Shown here: positions 33,155-44,998 of the stretch, in pieces
Numbering within the stretch: the first letter of the stretch is position 1
How the letters are laid out: each line of letters begins with the position of its first letter
Assembly (NCBI RefSeq): GCF_000315625.1
Contig: NW_005434630.1
Location: 496,001-559,403, forward strand
Direction of reading: 5' to 3'
DNA: 63,403 nt
From: Guillardia theta CCMP2712
Taxonomy: Eukaryota > Protista > Cryptophyta
Notes under the pieces: generated by a model
What the model was told of the DNA's origin: nothing
Databases searched by the model: none
Seen by the model: only the letters and a program-made list of their open reading frames with translations
Translations under genes and position numbers: made by a program

Positions 33155-36100
33155 ATCGCACCTTCCACATGACATCCAGCAGGCAGGATGTCCGATGAGC
33201 TTGAACGGCACCCACAAGCTCGAAGCACATCCCTTCCTCCCCGCGCGACCGTGTGCTCTTCCCCTTGCCCGGGCTTGACTCAAGTCGGACGATGTCCAGG
33301 AACGATCCATTGCTGATAGAGGCCGTAGAGACTCCATTCCTCCTCCTCCTCCTCCTCCTCCTCCTCCTCCTCCCGCCCCGGCCCCCACAGCACCAACCGC
33401 TCCCCCACCCTTGGACACAGAGATCTTGTCCACCACATCCTCCAGCAGGTCCGCCAGCTTCTTCCCGCTCCTTGTCTGCGTGTCCAGCACAGACCCCAGC
33501 ACTTCTCCGATCACTCCCCGTCGCGAGCAGGCCCGAGGATGCACCGTCATCAGCGCCTTCACTTCCCCCCCCTCCATCCCCAGCTGGTCTCCACCCAGCG
33601 GTCCCCCCGCAAACATTAGGGAGATGCTGCTGCTGCTCAAGATGCCGTCGGTAACCAGCAGCGGGCTCACCTGCCCCTCCAGCCCGGCCCCCAGCACCTC
33701 AGCGCGCATGCTGGGCTTCTCCTTGCCCCCAGCTGAGGAGACGAACGGGTAGACGGTGAAGCTGCAGCTCTGCACGAAGGAGCCGTCGAGGTAGAGGGAG
33801 ATGGTCCGGTTGATCTGTGAGAACACCACCAGGTGCCAGCAGCCGTCCGGGAGGAACGAGGACGCGTTGAACGCGTTGAACCCGAACCCCTCGCTCCTTG
33901 CTGCTGCTGCTGCTGCCCCTCCTCCTCCTCCTGCCGGACCTGGTGATGTGTTGCCGGTCCCCATGCAGGTCCGGACGCCGATGCAGCGGGAGCGATCGTC
34001 CTGGGCTCCGAGCTTCTGCCAGTAGAGCTCGAGGCTCGCGCTGCTTCCCGCCGCCCACCGGAGGATCAAACTCTCCTCCTCCGTGAACTTGAGCACGCGC
34101 ACCCAGAACGCGACGGAGTAGCCGGAGGAAGGCTTGGGGAGCTTGCGGTCGATGAGAGGCGAGCGAACGCACCCTTGACGCCCGTCGAGGTTGAAGAAGG
34201 CAGGAGGAGCGACTCTTGCACTCACGGTCTCGATCACCTGCATGGCCTGCAGCCTCGTCCTCCTCCTCCTCTCTTCCATCGAGCTCGTTCCCTCTTCCAT
34301 CCCCGCATGGGACGCGAGCTTGAAGAGCAGCTTCGCCTCCTCAGCGCTGATGCTGTAGCTGCCGATGGCGCCGGTGAGTCGGACCCAGGAGGAGGCGGCG
34401 GGGAGGTCCTCGTCCTTGAGCCGCGTGAGGATGACGATGATCGCGTTCACGTTGGCGAGCTGCTGCGCGTTGCCCGGGCGGGAGGCGACGGACCGGCAGA
34501 GGAAGTCGAGGGCGACCTCCTGCGCGCGCGGTTCGGCATGGAGGAGGACGTGGAGGAGCATCCAGGCAGCGTCCTTGCTGCGGAGAGAGAAGTCGTCCTC
34601 GCTGCTCTCGTGCGGCTCGCTGCTCTTGCTGGAGAGCTCGAGCTCGAGCCCCTCCATGCAGAGATCCGAGTTTAGCTCCACGAAAGTGTTGCGAGAGGAG
34701 GCGGACCTGAGGAACAGGTGAGTGGAGTAGGGAGAGAGGGAGGGAGAGGAGGGAGAGGAGGGAGAGGAGGGAGAGGAGGCGCAGAGGGAAGAAGAAGGAT
34801 AGAGGTGGAGAAGGAGAAGGGGAGGAAGTAGGAGAGATGGAAAGGAGGAAGGAGGAGGATGTATACTTGCTGGACGAAGTAGAAGGGGTCCGGATGTGCC
34901 TGCTCTTGTGTGCTTGAGCTTGAGGAGGAGCCGAGGCGAGGAGGCGGCGAAACTCCTTGTGGAAATGTTGAGGGCTGGAAAACCTGAGTGATGGGCTGCG
35001 ATAGCTGAGGAGGAGAGCATCGGAATTCTCAGTAAAGGTGTTGTCGTACGCGTCGGGGTAGACCTGAAGGAAATGAAGGAGGTAAGAGAAACGAGAGAGG
35101 GAGAGGGGGTATGCAAGATGGTGGTGGAGGTGGAGGAGGAGGAAGAGGAGCAGGAGCAGAAGTAACGTAGGATGAGAAGGAGGAGGAGGGGGGCATCTGG
35201 ACTCACTATGAATGGTGACGTTGAACGTTCGCTGGCGATCTGCAGGAGGGACTCTACAGCTACTTCGTCTTTCTTGAGTGAAGATTCCACGACGATCTGA
35301 CGAGAGAAGTAAGAAAGAAGGAGAAGAGCAGGAAGAAAGACGAGGAGAAGGGGAAAGGGGAGAGAAAGATTGGGAGAGGAGAGAACGCCGCATGTTAGGG
35401 GATGAAGACGAGGAGGAGAAGGTTGACTGAGGAGAGGAAAGAGAGTCACCTTGGCGAAATTTCTCAAGCCGACCTTGTTGTCGAGGAAAAGCTTGAGGGA
35501 GTCGCGGTTGAGGAGGAGGGAGGACAACACAGTGAGAGCAGAGTGAGCGAGCGAGGGACCCGCAGACTCGATGTCGAGCAGGAGGCAGGAAACGAGGCCC
35601 TCGTCCTTGAAGCGGAGAGCTACTTCCTTCCATCCGTCCTCCTGCTGCTTCAAACTCCTCCGCATTGCGCAAAGAAGCTTCTCAAATACTTCAGAAGAGA
35701 AAGAGGGAGATGGAGGGAGAGAGGGAGAGGACAAACTTGAGATGAAGAGCATAAGGGAGGAGGGAGAGAGCAGGAGAAAGATGGAGTAGGTGGAGGAGGA
35801 GACCTTGTTCCGCTTGATGACGGAATATCGCTTGTTCTCTAGGAGGTCGACAATCTTTCGGATGCCATCGTGACAATCCTTTACTATCTCGAGCATCTGA
35901 AACTCAAAAGAATGAGGAGGAAGAGGAAGAGGAAGAGGAAGAGGAAGAGGAAGAGGAAGAGGAAGAGGAAGAGGAAGAGGAAGAGGAAGAGGAAGGAGGA
36001 CGAGGATGATGAGGTCAAGCCGAGGGTAAGAAACAAAGGAAAGGAAGAATATGAGAAGGAGAAGGGGAAGGAACGAGTGGAGGAGGCAGGTTCACCGTAA

Positions 36101-39100
36101 GGAGCAGCAGGGAGGAGAGTTTGTCTGCCTGGCTTGCCATGTACATCTGCCCCAGCATTGCAACGATATCGGCCGACATGCAACAGCGCTGGGACCCGTT
36201 GTGGAAGGACGTCTGACCCTCCGCCACCTTCGCAGACCCCGCGGCAATGTGAGCCAGCAGCTCCACCAGCGCCATCGTGCACGAGGAGTTCTCCTCCATC
36301 CCGCTGAAGCAGCACCGCAGAAACACCATGGCGACTTCCTTCTCGCCTCCCTCCCATCGCTTCGACCCTCTCCCCTCCTTGTCCTCGTGCGCGTCTGCCA
36401 CCTTGCCCTCTGAGTCCTCCCGCGTCCCGCCTGCTCCAACCGTCAACGTCCTCTCCTCATTTTACTCTCCACGCAGCCTCCCCCTCTCCCCTCCCCCCAA
36501 TCCCCCGCTCCGGCTCGATCCCTCTTTCTCCGTCTCCAGCCTCCCCTCCCCTCCCCGCGCTTTCTTGCTCTCCTCGTCGTCTACTCCTCACCTGTTCCCT
36601 TTTCTTTCGCTCGCATCGTCTCTCGTAGCGCCTCCTGCGCCCACGTGATCAAGTCGCCGACAACTCCCTTGAGGTTCGCGCTGCTCTGCTTGCGGCAGCG
36701 TCTGTCCATCACCAGGTCCCTCGCGGCTCCCAGAAGCTTCACGCGGCTCGCCATCGGGATGTTGGGAGAGCAGACAGCGCACCTGAGAATGTCCTCGATG
36801 ATGCTCGTCTCGTACTCGCCGATTAGGACGGCACAGAAGGACAGCAGCTCCAGCACCACGTTCTGAAACTTCTCTGCGTCCTGCGACGTTTCTGTTCCCT
36901 CCTGCGGTGGAGACGCTGAGGAGCTAAGGAAGCTCTTGAGAAGATGCTTGAAGCCGTTGACCTTGTGTACACTGAAAGGGATCCAGCGTCAGAGCATGCC
37001 ATCTTCGCCTCCCCCTGCTTTTCTCCCTCCTCTCGGCATTTCCATCCCTTACCAGGCAACGTTGTGAGGGTTGGCCAGCAGGATCTCACTCACTCCTTCA
37101 GCCGCGCGCATCCTCACGGGCATGTCGAGGTTCGAGCCGGAGACGAGCTGCTTCAGAGTCAGAAGGAGAGGAGGAGGAGGAGGAGGAGGAGGGAACTACC
37201 TCGAAGAGAAGCTCAAGCGCATCCAAGTTGCCTACTCTACCGTTGATGTTGCCGTCAAGGCACACGGAGATGAGCAGGTGGAACATGCTCTGAGTGAAAA
37301 TGAAGAAGAAGAGAAAGAAGAAGAAAAAGAAGAAGAAAAAGAAGAAGAAAAAGATGATGATGATGAGAAAGAGGGGGAGGGGGAGGAAGAAAATGAGGAG
37401 GGTCAGTCTCGACCTCACACAGGGATGAAACATGTTCACCTCCAGGAAGCGCTTTCCAGACGGCAACGAGTAGTCGTCCACCGACGAGAAGATTCCGTGT
37501 AGGATGGAGTATCCTTGAATCGCCCGGAACTCCCTCTGGTTGTGAGCGTTTTGCATCAGGAGCTTCGAAACGGCTTCGAACAGCTCGATTTTGGACACGC
37601 TCACTGTGTCCCGCATCTTGTCCACCAGTGTCTTCAGAGCTCCCTGCCGCAACATCACCAGGCGAAGGAAGTCCGGCATCTCTTACCTGGATGCACAGCA
37701 GCTCTTTTATCATCTCATCCTGTCGGGGTCCTGCATCGCTGCACTTGCCCCTGGACTTGGCCAAGGTCTCGACACCATCGCTATGTGTGAGATACTGAGC
37801 TGATGTCAGGGCTGATCATAGTCGGCAGCACCTCCAACCTCATTCATGCTCGAGTCATCATCTAAGGCTGAGCACATGAGCTCGATCTCTTCAAAGCAGC
37901 CCGCCACCACTTTGCGGGGGATGGGGAACTGAAAGTCATTGTTGACCTCAGCTTGTGCTTCGTCCTGCGACGGTGAACTCTGAACCACTTGGCTGATCAA
38001 GACCTTTGCTCCTTCCCAGAGAACTGGAGGCCTCAGCGACAGGTTCAGCCCGAGCTTCTTGGACCTGAGACGAGATCAGACGCAGTCAGAGAGCTACGTG
38101 CAAGGTAAGTTAAGAGAACTACCTCTGGTTTGCTGCCTGCACTGCAGAAACTAGCTGCGCCGGGACTTCGCCATGCGCCTGATCGTTCTGAACATCCACT
38201 GAGAAGAAGCTCGTCACGTCATGTTTCGGACTGACAACTGCAAGTCGTACAGAAATGCTTCAGCGTCTTCAGCGCTTCTTTCTCAAGCTCTCCCTCCCCA
38301 TCAAGCATGAGCTGAACCACCTGATGCATCAACGGCACTTACAACCTGGAAGCGACAAGGTAGAAGAGGCAACCTTTTTAAATCCATCCAGCCGCCCTAT
38401 GTTGAGCTTGCTCTTGACATCAGACCCTATTCTTGTGAGGATCTTCAGTGCAAGCTGCTTTTTCTCTGACCCTTGAACCGAGTCAAGCAGAGATAGGATT
38501 TGGCTGAGAACCTTCACAAACGGTGGTTAAGGCAGTTCGACTACATTGTTGTCAGATGGTACCGGCAGCGATTCAGCAACGAGGTTTCGATATTTCTCAT
38601 CGTGAATGATCATCTCAGCGCATTCAAGCGCTTTGTGAACCACTTCTGTGACCATCGCTTCACCACCGTCCGCTTGATCCTTGACTGTCCCTTGCCTATA
38701 CTGAAGTCAGAGTCCAAAAGGAGGTTTCGATCCGAAATCACCTGTCTACTAGATCAAGGAGCGCGATTAAGATGTCAGAGCAATCTCCAAAGAAGTTGTC
38801 GAGATCAGGCCCATGCTCTTTGTTCTGCAGCTCCTTGTAGGCTAGTTGAAAACTGTCGAGGAAATCCGACAACTTTGCACATTTCAAGGAGACGCTGACA
38901 TCTCCCATGACTGCTTGATACTCTTCCCACAACTTCTTGCATCGTCGATATGTGTTATGCTGTCGCCAGAGCTCGCGTACTTTCCGCATGTCTTCTCAAA
39001 GTGAGATTTCGTTCAAACTAGATCAGGACCACCCTGAGTTTCTTCAACGTTTACAAGATCAGCAACCAGGTAGACAGTCCTCCCTTCAAGCATCTTCAAG

Positions 39101-39135
39101 TTGGTAACATCGTGACCTCCTTGATCATCTGTCAT
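30060..39135 (-). CDS. Large neurobeachin/BEACH-family-like ARM + LamG(ConA) protein lacking a visible PH-BEACH-WD40 tail
   Basis: Leu-rich helical repeats (NQREFRAIQGYSILH). LamG signature PPAFFNLDG...GYSVAFWVRV...CWHLVVFS...ISLYLDG. Many SSR-filled introns. Confidence 0.7.
33062..33154. repeat. (GAT)n microsatellite, intronic
   Basis: Seen directly. Confidence 0.95.
35915..35995. repeat. (GAGGAA)n microsatellite, intronic
   Basis: Seen directly. Confidence 0.95.
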
Positions 39136-39986
39136 CCTCCTCCCTCCTCCTCCCTCCTCCTCCTTCCTCCTGGCCCGTCGTCATGGCGCCATTTTGGCAC
39201 TGCATGGCAAGCTTGACTTCTTTTTATGGCTGCTATTACCCCACCCACCCCTTGAGCACGTTTGACTATCTAAATTACTTCCAGTACCCCCTATTATCAC
39301 ATTCTAATGACCCCTACATGGTACTACCCCATCACCTACACTATCACTGAGCTCCTACAGCACAACCCCCCATTATTACCTCCTGCTTTACCCCATCCTC
39401 ACCACCCGTACCCCCTCATTTCCCCATTTTCCCCCTACCCCTGGTCTTCCAAAAGCCTTACATGTTCTGTGACCCCACCCCCCCTCACCGAGTCTGTTGC
39501 CCTCTTCCCCACTATGTCCCGATTTCCACTGCACCCTCCCAGGTTATGAGCCGCAAATGAGCTGTATGAGGGTTCAGGGTTTTGATGCCCCCCCCTACCC
39601 ACCCCCTCCTATGGCCCTCGCAGGGGTCAATTGAGTTCCGAAATAGATAATATTATGAGGGCTCACTGCCTCGGAGGACCCCTACCCCCCACCACCCTTC
39701 GCAGTACCCCCAAATACACTCGGATGCACCCCTATTACAACCAGGACCCTCACCCCCCCTTAGACCTATGTAACTGCCCCTACAATGGTTCCGAATGTGT
39801 ACGACCACCCGCGATCCCATTCTCCACCCTACCCCCCCAAGAATTGATTCACTCTTACCACCCCACCACTCACATAACTAGATCATACCCCTCATTTTGT
39901 GGTCCATATCTTCAATAACTCTACCCCCCACCCCCTCTTTTTACCCCACCCTCTGCCTCAGAACATTGTTGGTGGACTTGACCCCA

Positions 39987-41209
39987 TGCAGACGCCAGCG
40001 CGGGGTCCCCGAGAAGAAGGGACGAGCATGGCGCGAAGCCCGAACTCCTCCTCCTCTACCACGTTCTCTCCCTCCGCTTCATCCATCTCCTCCTCACATC
40101 TCGGTTCCTCTCGTAAAGTCCCATCTGCCCTCTCCCTGTCTCCTTGCAGCAACAAACCATTGGGTCCGTCTCCCCGGCAGGACAACAAGGTGGTTCTGAC
40201 CTGTATCGACGTCGCAGATGCAGTAGCCTCTAGCAGAGGAAGGAAGCTAGAGGAAGTTTTCCACCCCTCTCCGAACAGAAGAGAGCAGATCGTGCCCAAA
40301 GACGACGCGCAGCGGATACAAGCAAACATGGATGGCGTTCCAGACGACGTCAACATCCTGCGGCTGCAGCTAGAGCTGCAGATGAAGCGGCTATCATCGA
40401 TAGAGGAGGAGATGAAGCAGCGGTACGAGAGGCTGCGCGATGAGGCCGTGCAGCATGGTATGAAGATGCTTGACGAGGAGAAAGCAAGAAGCAACGAGAT
40501 GCATGCCTTGCTGCAAGTTAAGATCGAGTCCCTCGAGGAGGAGCTGCAGAGGACGCGAAGAAAGCTGGGGAAGAAGGTCAGACATTTTTGTTTCACCCGC
40601 GCCTCATGTCTGACGATCCTGCAGTGTTCGGAATATGAGGAGCTGTTGGCCATGGCGAATGAGTTGGCAGTGGAGCAGGAGGGAGTTCCGGTTGAGCACG
40701 GGAAGAAGACAAGGATTCACGACCAATGCGTGCAGACAAGCGACTTGTCAGACCACACGACCATCTCAGCGGATAGCCTCAGTGTGGACGATGACCATTT
40801 CCCCCACCACGTCACGGTACATGCCTCCCGGCATTGCTGCAAGTTTCTCATCGCATGCCTCTAGGATGAAGTGCAGACAAGGGACGGGTCAGTAGCGTCA
40901 AACGACGAGCTCTCCAAGGAGAAGTCTCAAGAGCCGATTACCAAGGATCGAGTCTGTTGGTACCTGGTGACTCCGACTGCTTGCATTTGCCGACAAGTTT
41001 TGACTTCGTTCACAGGACGCGTCCCATCGCAACGTAGCCGAGATGCTGACCCCTCGAGGCTCCCGCTTTTGCTCGGTACTCGACGGGTCGGATTCCAGCA
41101 AAGAAACGCTGTGGAAGTCGTTGTCGAGTGCTTTCAAGTGGAATTGATGAGAAGTGTCGGAGGCAAGTGTAGTCAATTAAAGGTTATCTCCAGTCGTACG
41201 CGCATATGA
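39987..41209 (+). CDS. Coiled-coil hypothetical protein
   Basis: Ser-rich N-terminus followed by a heptad-rich segment (LQLELQMKRLSSIEEEMKQRYERL...). Short introns. The 3' end is uncertain. Confidence 0.6.
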
Positions 41210-41365
41210 CTTGAGCCAACATCTTCCGTATTGAGGAGGGGGGGGGGGGTCAGGGAGTGATGAGAGGGGGTCAGGGAGGAGAGGGAGGAGAGGAAGGAGA
41301 GAGAGGGAGTGAGTGAGTTGACGAGAAACCAAATTTACAGCTTGAATTGAGTTTCTCTGCCACTA

Positions 41366-43115
41366 TCAACTATTGACGGCAGAAGCTAGTAGTTGCGACG
41401 TCGGCTTCCTAGTCGGGAGAGGTCGAAACGGCGCCTGCAGAATCTCCTAGTCAGACAAGTGATGAGAGGAGGAAGAGAAGTTCGAAGCAGCTATCAAGGA
41501 GAGGCTGGAGGGATAAGGCAGTGACGGGGGCATCGGTCCACCTGAGTCGTACTGCCTCCATGTTGTTGTTGTCCATTTCCATGACTTAAAATCGAGCCAA
41601 CCAATCCGCTGGATCTGCTTCCGTTGCTTCCGTTGGCGGCAGCAGCCGGTGGCTCTTGTGATGCACCGTTGGCATACCTGCAGCGAGCATGTAAGAGGGA
41701 GCAGTCGGTCTCAGGATGATCCTACGGGAAGGGAACCATCTTGAAGGGGCTTGCTTCCTGTGGCTTTTCAGAGCCTTGCAATGATGTATGGTGACCTGGA
41801 GCTAGTCCCTTCAGCTCCTGCAGGCATCATAACAAGGTTCAACACCTGCTGATGACGTCTCTTGAGGCCTGTTGATGTTCAACATCGCGAGTAATTGCGA
41901 ACCTGTCCCTGACGTCAGCTAACGGGTGTCACCTTTCTCCTCCCCATGCACCCGCATCGTCTCTCTGGGGCAGTTGGTACACTCCATGCGCAGGGGCCTG
42001 ACCGTGAGACAGCAGTTTCCTCTCCAGTTCTTCGACCGAAGTCACTCCAGCCGTCTCGTTCCCCCCCCTAGGAGCCCCTGGCGTTGCAAGAATGGAGTCT
42101 CCGGCAAACCTAAAAGGCTCCATGGGCTTGTCGGAGAGGATCCCCGCCGAGCTCTTGTGCATCAGTCGCTCGCCTGCATCTGCCTGCATGTGCACAGGAG
42201 CATCCAGCTTGAGGGGTGGAGGAACCTGCGTTTGATCGTTCCTGGCCCCAGGAGGAGTGCTGAGGATGGAAGGGTAGGGCCGCACGTCCCTCACGGGGAT
42301 CTCGTAGACCCCCTCATGCTCATACCCATCGAAGAGGATCGCGCAGTAGTCCATCCCGTACTGGTGTACCGTCCCGTCGTACCACTGGCCGTCCAGGAAC
42401 AGAGCGTTGACGCGCGTTCCGGGGACGATGGCGCTGCTGGCACCGGAGCTGTGGTGGGATGGAGCTTCTTGGAAGGAGCTGGTGATGATGGCTGGGTCGG
42501 AGAAGACTGGGTTCATGCCTGGCCTCGCTGCGATCTTGGGCAACGGGAGGCTGCTCGGAGGCGGTGAGTTGAGGAAGGCACCTCCGGCAAACTTCCCGTT
42601 GTGTGAGGTTTGAGAATTCTTGTTGGATGCAGGCGGAGCGTTCGCCTTGTGCTGCACAGCAAACGGACGGACAGCCGTTGCCTTGTTGGCAGCAGCTGCC
42701 ACCTGGTTATTTACAAGCGCGACGTTGGTGGTCGCCTTCGCCCCCTTCTTCTTCCCTTTCCCCTGGTTCGGCACCAATCGCAAATCCTGATTGACGACCG
42801 GAGTCCCGTCCTGCAGGAAGGAGCGCAGTGTCAGAAGTTCATGTACAGGATGACTTCATCTTCTACAGGGAGGTCGGGACGAGGAGGAAGAGCAGGCGGG
42901 GAGGGGCGCGTGCAATACAGACAGGAGGGAACAGTCAGCGGCAGGAAGGGGCGGGAGATAGGAGGAGAAAGGAGGAGGAGGAGGAGGAGGAGGAGGAGGA
43001 GCTGAGCGGTTACCTCTCCTTGGATGAAGTAAGGAACCAGCGGCCTCTCATTGTTTCTCCCCAGCCTGTCTCCTCCTCGATCCCCATCGAACCCGCCGCC
43101 TCCCGCAGTCGCCAT
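41366..43115 (-). CDS. PNRC/Edc1-type proline-rich motif + Tudor-like domain protein
   Basis: KFAGGAFLNSPPPSSLPLP (42538-42591) resembles the PNRC motif. PGTRVNALFLDGQWYDGTV...CAILFDGYEHE...VRPY is Tudor-like. The 3' exons are approximate. Confidence 0.7.
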
Positions 43116-43761
43116 GCTCCCCGAACGTCTGATGACCCCACCCCTTGTTTAACCCCCAAACATTCGAGCAATCACCCCTCCACGAGAATGACTACCCCTA
43201 CTTTCTACCGGTACGACAAGTATATCTAGCGGGGATTTGGACTCGTTTATGACCCACCCTGACAAGTTCATCAGCAGGTGGACCCCCACCCCCTGGAGAT
43301 CATATTCAATGTGCCTCCCAGAAAATGGCAGGCGGAGTTGAAGCCGCTGCTTCCTCCTCCTGCTCAGGGACAGTCGTGGATACCCGCCGGCGAGCGCGAG
43401 GAGGAAGCGCTCAAGGTGGAGTGAGCCAGCTCACGAGGAAGCTTCACAACGATCTTCTTGACAGCTTTCATGGTGGCATGTGCGGATCTAACCTTGCTCT
43501 TGGACTTTGCATCGCAACGATTTTATCTTCTTGTGATCACAAGCATGCTCGCAGCGGTCAAGTCTCCTTGCAACTCCTCTCAACCTGGTTTGCTCTCCTC
43601 TATCCTCTCGCTGACCTTCTTCGTACTCTCTGACCCTACAGCTCTCCACTCTCGCACGTTCACCAGGCAGGACAAGAGGAGGAGCTCTTCCCTCCCTCGT
43701 CGCAACATGAGCGAGGGTGGGAGGAGGAGGCGAGGGCCTCAAGTGGGCCCTCACCTCCTCC

Positions 43762-44819
43762 TCACTTGAGGACGGGCAGTACTCCGGGGATCTTCCTCAC
43801 GTCCACCACTGACATCCCTGCGCTCAGCGCTGCCTCCACTCCAGCATCCGCGTCCTCGTACACCCTGGCGCCTCCCGTCAGCCCTCACCGCCCCCACCTC
43901 CTCCCTTCAACCTACCGGCACTTGTCGGGGGGGATCCCCAGGCTCCTGGCAGCTGTCAGGAACGGGTCAGGATGCGGCTTGTGCCTCTCAACGTCCTCCG
44001 CGCAGATGAGGACGGCGAAGAGAGTCTCGAGCTTGCACTGGCTCAGGAACTTGGCGACCATCTTCCGAGGCCCTGCGGCGCCAGGGTCAGGCACGGGGAG
44101 AGGGGAGGAGGAGAGGGCGGGGGGAGAGGGGAGGAGGAGAGGGGTGCGGGAGAGGGCAGGGGGAGAGGGCAGGGGGAGTGGGCGGGGGGAGGAGGAGGGA
44201 CAGTAAGGTCACCGCTACTGACGACCGCCATTGGGATTCTGCCATGGTTTGCTCGGGCAATGTCACAGACGGGTTTGATCTCCCTGACTAGCGGGATCAT
44301 CTCAGAAGCAAGGTCGTCCTTCTTCCTGTAGAACGCGTCCGGGTCGACATCCACCGCCTGCTCCTTGCAGAGAATCTTGAAGGTCTCCTCAACTGTCTTG
44401 CCCGCGTGCGAGTAGAACTCTTCTTCTGTCAGCTTCATCCCAAAGTGCTCGCACGTCTTGATCCAGTTCTGCATGCGACGTCAGCCGCAGAGATGCAGGA
44501 GTGGAGAAGAAGCCGCTCTTACCTCACACCACATGGGCATGGAGTCGACCAGAGTGCCATCGCAGTCGAAGATGAGGGCTTCCACGCCGCTCAAGTCCTC
44601 TATGTTGTCTATCTTCATCGCGGGAAGGCCCTTCCTTGCTACGGTCGTGGACAGCGGCGAACGTCGGCGTACGACAGCAGCGGATGGGAAGGATGGGAAT
44701 GAAGGCTGGAAGGCAAGGAACGAAGCTTGGTACAAAGAGGAGGGGGAGGGGAGGAGGGAGGAGGAGGGAGGGAGGAGGAGGGAGCAAACTACGAGGATCA
44801 GGTGCAGCGGCTTCTTCAT
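43762..44819 (-). CDS. HAD-superfamily phosphatase (YqaB/beta-PGM-like), probably plastid-targeted
   Basis: Motif I LIFDCDGTLVDSM, motif II AVVSSG, then KPHPDPFL and YEDADAGVEAA. Signal peptide with 'LAF'. Confidence 0.9.
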
Positions 44820-44998
44820 CCCGCCATAGCAGGCGATGCCGTCGGGATGGGGAATAGGGTGGGTACTCTTGATACCAGGGGTAGTGTATTCTGTATTGAG
44901 TTTTCAGGTACCACATACGAGGGGTGGTGGTTAGAGGTGGGTGCAAAGAATGGGGGTCGGGGTGGGGTGGGGTGGTTGGTGTGGTAGATTTTGAAGCG

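Noticed and set aside
32853-33278. Poly-His, poly-Asp and poly-Met ORFs
   Set aside because: Translations of an intronic (GAT)n tract.
43325-43750. Possible extra small gene or extra HAD exons
   Set aside because: The sequence is exon-like, but I could not build a consistent frame or recognise a domain.
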